Part shown: positions 57,143-64,000 of the stretch, piece after piece | Position numbering within the stretch: position 1 is the first letter of the stretch | Layout of the letters: each line of letters begins with the position of its first letter | Source: Tubulanus polymorphus | Lineage: Eukaryota > Animalia > Nemertea | NCBI RefSeq assembly: GCF_964204645.1 | Contig: NC_134033.1 | Span: 3,120,131-3,184,130 of the forward strand | Reading direction: 5' to 3' | Length of the DNA: 64,000 nt | Position numbers and translations under genes: made by a program | Notes under the pieces: model-generated | What the model was told of the DNA's origin: nothing | Databases searched by the model: none | The model's input: only the letters and a program-made list of their open reading frames with translations

Positions 57143-59575
57143 TTGGAAAAGCTATCTATTATTTCACCTAATATCGGAAGCCTGAACAAAAATTTTAACT
57201 GTTTTACTGACTTTTTGACTTGCTGTAACGGCCAATTTTCGGTTATTGGTTTGACCGAAACTTGGACAAATTCTAATAATTCTAACTCCAATTTATATAG
57301 AATTAATGGCTACTCGAGTATTTTCAAGTCTCGCGCCAATGGTCAACATGGCGGTGGCGTAGCTTTATTTCTTAAAGAGAATTTCAATTTCAAAGTTCGG
57401 ACTGACTTGTCATCTAAGTATCTAAGCTTCGAATCTTTATTCATCGAAATTGTTTCAGAACATAAATCTAATATTACTATTGGAGTAATATACAGACCTC
57501 CAGGAGGAAGATTACCAGCGTTTCAAGATGAATCCGAAGTCTTAATGGCTGAAATTACTCGCGAGAACAAACTTTGCTATTTAATGGGGGATTTTAATAT
57601 TGATCTCATTGAATATGATATGCAAAAACATACGGATATTTTTCTCGAAACATTTTTCTCCTATTCCTTTTCACCTTTGATTGACAAGCCAACGCGAGTG
57701 ACTTGTGACTCGACGTCTTTAATTGATGATATATTTTTTGTAACGATTTGAGAAACATTCATAAATCTGGGATTTTTATCACCGACCTTTCGGACCATTA
57801 TCCAATATTTACTATTTGCAGTGGTGAAGAGCCTCTGTCTGATAAACAACCTTATAAAACTAGAATCTTTTCGCTGCGAAATATTTCTAAATTTCAAAGA
57901 TTATTAAACAATGTTAGCTGGAGTGAAGTTTATTCTTCTGATAATCCTTGTTCCGCTTACTTAAAAATTTCTTCAGTTTTTCATCAAGTTTTTCCTTTGG
58001 TATCTGTTAATCCAACCGATCCATCATTTCACAAACCTTGGATAAATCCTGGTATTGTCACAGCAATTAAAACAAAAAACAGCCTCTATAGGAAACTTGT
58101 TCGAACTCGTTCGGATGAAATAAAAACCAAGTATAATTCGTACGAAAATCTCATTTCAAAGCTTATTAACAAAGCTGAATCTGATTATTATTCTGAAAAG
58201 TTACTTGCTGCTGGAAATGATATGAAGAAAAAGTGGAATCTGTTGAACACAATTTTAGGGAGAAACATTCATTCAAAACTACCAAACTCTTTTATCTCCG
58301 ATCAACGCATTCTTTCTGGTGATACAAATATTGCCAACGAGTTCAACAATTTTTTTTGTTGTAAATATTGGTGAAAAGCTTGCTAGTCAAATCCCCGATA
58401 TAGGGCAATCTCCCATCAATATATGAATAATCGTGTCAGTGAAAATATCTTTTTTCTCCCAACCTCACCTAATGAAAGAAGTGATGTTTTTCGGGTCTTC
58501 CCTCAAAAAAGAGTGCCGGCGTTGATGTTTTTTTAGTATTTTTATCATTTAACAAGTAATTGATACCGTTAAGTTCCCTCTATCCCACATCTTTGTTCTT
58601 TCAAGTTTGTCCTTTGTTTAAATCAGGAGCCCCTAATTCTTTTGATAATTACCGCCCGATTTCTTTGCTTCCTAGCTTCTCAAAAATTCTGGAAAAATTG
58701 GTTCACAACAGATTAGTTTCATTTTGTAACAAACAGGATATTGTAATCCCCAACCAGTTTGGTTTTCGTCCAAAGCAAATTAACTGCCTTGGCACTATCC
58801 AAGGTCGTTGACAATCTTACTGAAGCCCTAGAAAAGAAAGTTATTACTATAGGATTATTCTTGGACCTTTCGAAGGCATTCGATACTGTTAACCATACAA
58901 TTTTGCTTAAGAAACTCGAGTTTTATGGTATGGGGGGGGGTTGTCATATTTGGTTAAAAAGTTATTTGACTGATAGGAGTCAAGTAGTTAGTTTTAATAA
59001 TACTATATCGTCCCCATTAAAGGTATCAATTGGTGTACCGCAGGGTTCCATTTTAGGCCCTTTACACTTATCTTATACATAAACGATTGCGATAATGCAT
59101 CCAAGTTGCTCCGATTTATTCTTTTTGCAGATGATACCAATTGTTTTTATAGCCATTCAAATATTAATGAATTGGTTTCTACAGTAAAATCAGAACTAGT
59201 AAAACTTGGTATCTGGTTTCAAGTGAACAAACTTTCTTTAAACATTAAGAAATGTCACCTCATGATTTTTGGTAATGAAAATCACTTCAATTTTTCCATT
59301 CGTTTAAATGGTGAATTAATCAAACATGTTCACAGTACAAATTTCTTAGGTCTTTTCATAGATGATTAATTAAATTGGGATGTCCATATCAAAAATTTTT
59401 GTTGTAAGGTTTCACGCTACATTGGAATTCCGAATAGATTTAAAAAACATTTCCCATCACATCTCCTTATAACCCTTTATTATAGTTTTGTTTATCCTCA
59501 TTTACAATATTGTAATTTAATCTGGGGTAGTAACTATGCAAATAAGCTCAATGCACTCTTTTTATTACAAAAAGG
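57143..59575 (+). mobile_element. decayed non-LTR retrotransposon ORF2 (APE endonuclease + reverse transcriptase; CR1 group, e.g. Crack/Daphne/L2-like)
   Basis: APE motifs IGLTETW, GGGVALF, IYRPP, MGDFNID, SDHYPI; RT motifs [40 protein letters not shown]. Multiple stops and frameshifts. Confidence 0.93.
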
Positions 59576-59714
59576 CGTGCGTGCGTGCGTGCGATAAGCC
59601 TTTTATAAGCCTTTGTTGGCTTCATCTAATCTCCCCCGCATTACATTAAAATGTCCCACACTTGCATATTTTTGTATATCCTTATGGTATGTTGTATTTA
59701 AATGTAGAAATGAA

Positions 59715-59870
59715 TTATTATTATTATTATTACTATTATTATTACTATTATTATCGCTATTATTATCGCTATCGCTATCGCTATCGCTATCATTATCACC
59801 ATCACCATCACCATCATCATTATTATTATTATTATTGTTATTATTATTATTGTTATTATTATTACTATAT
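59715..59870. repeat. (TTA)n/(TCGCTA)n/(TCACCA)n compound microsatellite, probable LINE tail
   Basis: Visible directly. Confidence 0.9.
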
Positions 59871-60671
59871 TGACTTGAATAGTGATAATATGTGAATCAT
59901 TTTGTGCTAACTGAAACCAAATTTTTGAAAAGAAAATATATTGTTGGACATTTCTTTTCCGATTTTCGAATTTTTACGCCATCTTGGAAGATACTAAGGC
60001 CAACGAAAGGGGTAGCACCGAAAATATCCATATACCCATATCCCTTGCATCCTATGCAAGGTAGATCTGTTGATCGTGTTCGCATTTGTTTTTTTGTCAT
60101 AATAAAGTAGAATGGTTAAAAAAGAAAATATCCATATCAGAGTATCCGTGGCAGCGCTCTCATAACCAAAACGGGTAATATCCGCGGAGGGGGAAGGAGT
60201 CACATAACATGCATCTATCGTTCACTTAAGCGCACAAATTTGATGAAAACTATTGTCAATAAAAACTAGACAGTGAGTAGTTTTTCAGACACAAAAAAAC
60301 CCAAAACTGACCCAACAATACAGGACAAAAACACCGTAACGAAATTGCGGCTAGCAACTGCAAAATGGTTTTATGCAGGTGCTTCACTTTTCAGCAGTTA
60401 AGCAGTTAAGGACGTTTTAAAATCGTATGTAAATATATAAATATAAAACTGACTACTGTATACGTCCTATATCGAATTATATTTTTAATCTCGTTAATCA
60501 TTACTCGGTTTTGTAAAGTATCGAATTTATTTTTAATGAGCGCCGTGTAGTCTGACTCATCCTCTCTACCGCTCTCTCTCTCTCTTTCTCTCACTCGGAA
60601 ACGCCCAACATTAATTGGATTAAAATCTATTCGCTGTAGTTAGAGTTAAACTGATCGAGGAGAATGTCAAC

Positions 60672-63600
60672 ATGACGCGCAGTCTCTTAACGTTATTACT
60701 CATTCTACTAATGAAACTGTCGTCGGTTCAGACGACTGATCGGATCTCTACCGATCAACCGTCTGTAACTGTCAGTTCACGGTGTAACAATACGTGGTTT
60801 TCACTCGATTCTACGTCCGGTTACATCGTTTCACCGAACTATCCGTTGTTTACGCGCGGTGTTGAATGTCGTTGGTTCGTCAACAGCTCTTTACCGGGTA
60901 CCTTTCGCGTCCAAGTTTACTACGACATCGAGCCGTCTATATTCTGTAGAGATAACTATCTTCACATCAGCGATTCTGATAACTTACTGTGCGGTGCTGG
61001 AAAACAATTAGATATTTACCGCAGTAATTCATTATCGTTGATGTTTAAGAGTGATGTAAATGATGTTGTGAAAGGAAGTCGAGTTTATGTATTTTATCGT
61101 TTGGAGGAAAACCATCTAAAAACTGTTCACCACTGTTCGTCCAACCGACTAAAACAATTGCAAACTTTTGAAATTGGTTATAAATTTGCTATCGCCATGG
61201 GTGGAAAATTATGTCATTTCCTGCAGCTCGAGTGGTCCGGGTTACCAGAGGGTTTCGGCATGAATCTGACTTTTGAGGAAATAAACTTAAGATTAGAACA
61301 GGCGGGTTTAGATTTGACCGTTCAAATTTATGACGGATGGAACACAAGTGAACCTATAACGAATATACAGGAACAAACGGGACATCCGCCCATCTCTATT
61401 TACACTAAAACTAACAGAGCTATCATCACTTTTTCAATGAAACAGGCCGGATTACATTTTGAAACTAATCTATTTGTTAAACTGTATAGAATATCAGATT
61501 GGAATATTTCGAATCCATCGATTCCGATCTGTAAAAACAAATCCGGAGTGCTCATTCCTGGTGATAGGCCGCACGTAATAACTCAGTCTAAACGCTTATA
61601 CTGCTGGTCTATCACAGCTGAAATACTGCAGTACGTCGTCTTCAACTGGTCACGTGTTCTCGTCACTTCCGGTGACGTCATCGGTGTTTATAAACTGGAA
61701 GTTTTAACGGTTGTCGGAACTGATATTTTACTCGGCGAAAACTACCTGGAATCGTTAGGTGTAAAATCTGACGGATTTCTCGTGATATTGTGTTTACTGT
61801 TATCAGAGAATCTTTCCGGAAAATCGTTGAGGAATTCAACGTCGATCGATTACAAAATAGAATCATTGAAGGAAACAGACGTCAAAGTGGAAGATAAAAA
61901 AGTGAGTTAAAACAGCTTGAAAATATCTTTTATATTTATTGTATTGATTTGAAATTGTTTGATAACGATGAAATAATGTGTAGAATTCACATGAATCGTA
62001 ATTTTTTTAATCAAACCTTATCGAAAACAAGTCATTGACCCTTTAACGGCAGAGTTGCAATATTTTCGGTTAAATGGCAAAGAAAAATACGGCATGAACA
62101 TTTATTGATTATCGATGATTTACTCTATGTTTGCATCTATTGTAGGCTAGAAATGGTCATTTAGTGTCGTATGACAGTCTGTTCCCCCGTTATTCGAAAC
62201 GGAAGTTACAATATCGTATCAGTAGATTTGCACTCAGCTCGAAAATCGACATCTATGAGTCTGTATTCGGAACTCAGGAATTAAAACTAACAGTTTTATC
62301 AGAGAACTGTGATCGAGCTGGTTTTTATATATTTGATGGTAGTAATTTCACAACTAGACGCTATGGTCCGTATTGTCCTGGTTCATACTACGGTCGATCT
62401 GTCGTCAGCCTGATTACATCAGGTGGACCGGTTACTGTAGTAGCATACGCTTACAACTGGCATGATCTACTAGTATCTGGTTATCTCAAGTTTGTTCCTA
62501 CTGACTGTGACGGGTATGTTCTACAGGAAGGAGAACGACAAATCACATTGACGTCATATTGTCTCGTGATTACTCCTGAAAATCGACGCCTACCGGTAGA
62601 AAACATTGATGTATTATCAGAACACGAATATCAAATTGACAGATGTTATCGTACAGCTATGAATCCCTGTTCAGCGATAAGTCTCAATAGTCAATTGTTA
62701 AATACCAGTCTCGTAATAAACCATGTGAAATTATTACTCACTAAATATAGATTCTGGAGGACACCACTAATGATTGTATTACGACGTAAATGTCAGAAAT
62801 TAAAACAAAGTCTACATATTCCAGGGATCCGGGGTGGAAGGGATGCTATAGATTGTGGACTCGTGCAGTCACCGAACTTCCCTGGATTATCAACCTCTTT
62901 CTCAACTATATTCTTTAGTTTTTCTTTTCCTACTGACAAAAATATAAATCATTACATCAGATTCCTGTTTAAATTTATTGGACAAACATCATGCTCCGAA
63001 TCTGTTGGTACCCGCACAAGGGGATCAATATTACTAACACAAATTATCAAAATATTTGATGATCCGAACAATTTATTTTCCACGTTTACAGAAACCCGTC
63101 ATACAACAACAATATGTGAAAATAACGCAGTAGCAGGACTTGTATTGTACAGTCTACTCGGGTATGACTTGTATTTTGAGCTGTCAAAGTACATGCCAAT
63201 ATTTCGAATTCAATACACTTTAGAACAATCACCTTTAAAAAAACACCGAATCAATGGCTGCCGATCAGATTTTCTAGATTCAGGTGTTTCGTGTATAAGA
63301 TACATCAAACATGAACGTCTGAATTGGGAGAACGCTGAAATTTACTGTCAACAGAAATATGGAGGACATCTTCTCAGTATCAACTCTGAACAAGAAATGA
63401 TTGCCGTGAAAAAGCTGTTCGCTACAAAACTGCTTCATGAGGCATATTCACAGGTGGCGCTTATTGTGATGATTGGATTGAAATGGCAGGTAAAATACAT
63501 ATCAAATATTAATCATCTAATTGAGCTTTCATATTATGATTTATCTTCATGTCATGTGTATATATAAGGTATTAAAAGCTATTCCAGAAATGATTAGAAC

Positions 63601-64000
63601 ACAGAAAATAATCCAAAACAAGTTTTCACCAATGTAGGTATAACAAGTGTTTGTCTTTAAAGGAGTCCAGTGGTTATTACTCGTGGTCTGATGGTAAACC
63701 GTTCAGTTACACGGAATGGTTCGAACCCGCTGCTGTTAATGAAACGATACCAGAAGTTATTCGAGGATTGATATCTCCGCTAAGAAAACAACCGATAAAT
63801 GACGTCAATATGCCGTGTACGGCGATGATACTGAATAATCCACGAGGATCGGCGAACTGGGTTCGATTCCCGTGTCAAATCGAGGAGACGCACACGACAT
63901 TCATTTGTGAAACAGAAAGAAACGATTTTAATGCATCTTCACAAAACGATACAACTGGAATAAAGCGGAAAAACTTTGAACTATTTAACTCCACGTGTCT
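60672..64000 (+). CDS. second CUB/C-type-lectin GRL101-like GPCR paralog (5' part; exons 60672-61901, 62146-63489, 63663->64000)
   Basis: Same exon structure and phases as 13872-20105 (first exon 1230 bp in both), signal peptide, colinear CUB and CTL motifs. Runs off the window, so the LDLa/LRR/7TM part is inferred. Confidence 0.88.

Noticed and set aside
57143-59575. LINE as an active or domesticated reverse transcriptase
   Set aside because: Multiple stops and frameshifts, and no ORF1.

Overview
AT-rich eukaryotic (metazoan, probably marine invertebrate/spiralian) genomic DNA with GT-AG introns, dense in simple repeats and non-autonomous transposons. Genes reconstructed by hand: a complete 3-exon ~1945-aa GRL101/LGR-C-like GPCR with an extra CUB + C-type-lectin ectodomain (13872-20105) and the 5' part of a paralog (60672-end); a 2-exon divergent TRPV-like channel (22432-27273) whose intron holds an antisense, frameshifted FMRFamide-receptor-like GPCR, with a second such GPCR just downstream (29274-30359); an 11-exon astacin-MAM metalloprotease (32562-40349) with two intronic antisense tRNA-Glu(TTC) genes; an intronless LicD/FKRP-family gene; a 4-exon secreted 12-Cys protein with two resistin/PCSK9-CTD-like modules plus a deleted paralog remnant; LSm8; an RCC1L two-exon pseudogene fragment; and a decayed APE-RT LINE. 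Most notable: (1) the two large GPCR paralogs are mosaics of 95-99% identical tracts and barely alignable tracts within the same exons, which suggests gene-conversion-driven ectodomain diversification; (2) an intronic 67-bp satellite is a tandem array of 11 minimal type-I hammerhead ribozyme motifs ending in an inverted copy; (3) a foldback element built from four outward-facing tRNA-like modules; (4) a 110-bp exact templated insertion plus hairpin inside a (TA)n array. Family assignments come from motif recognition only; no searches were run.
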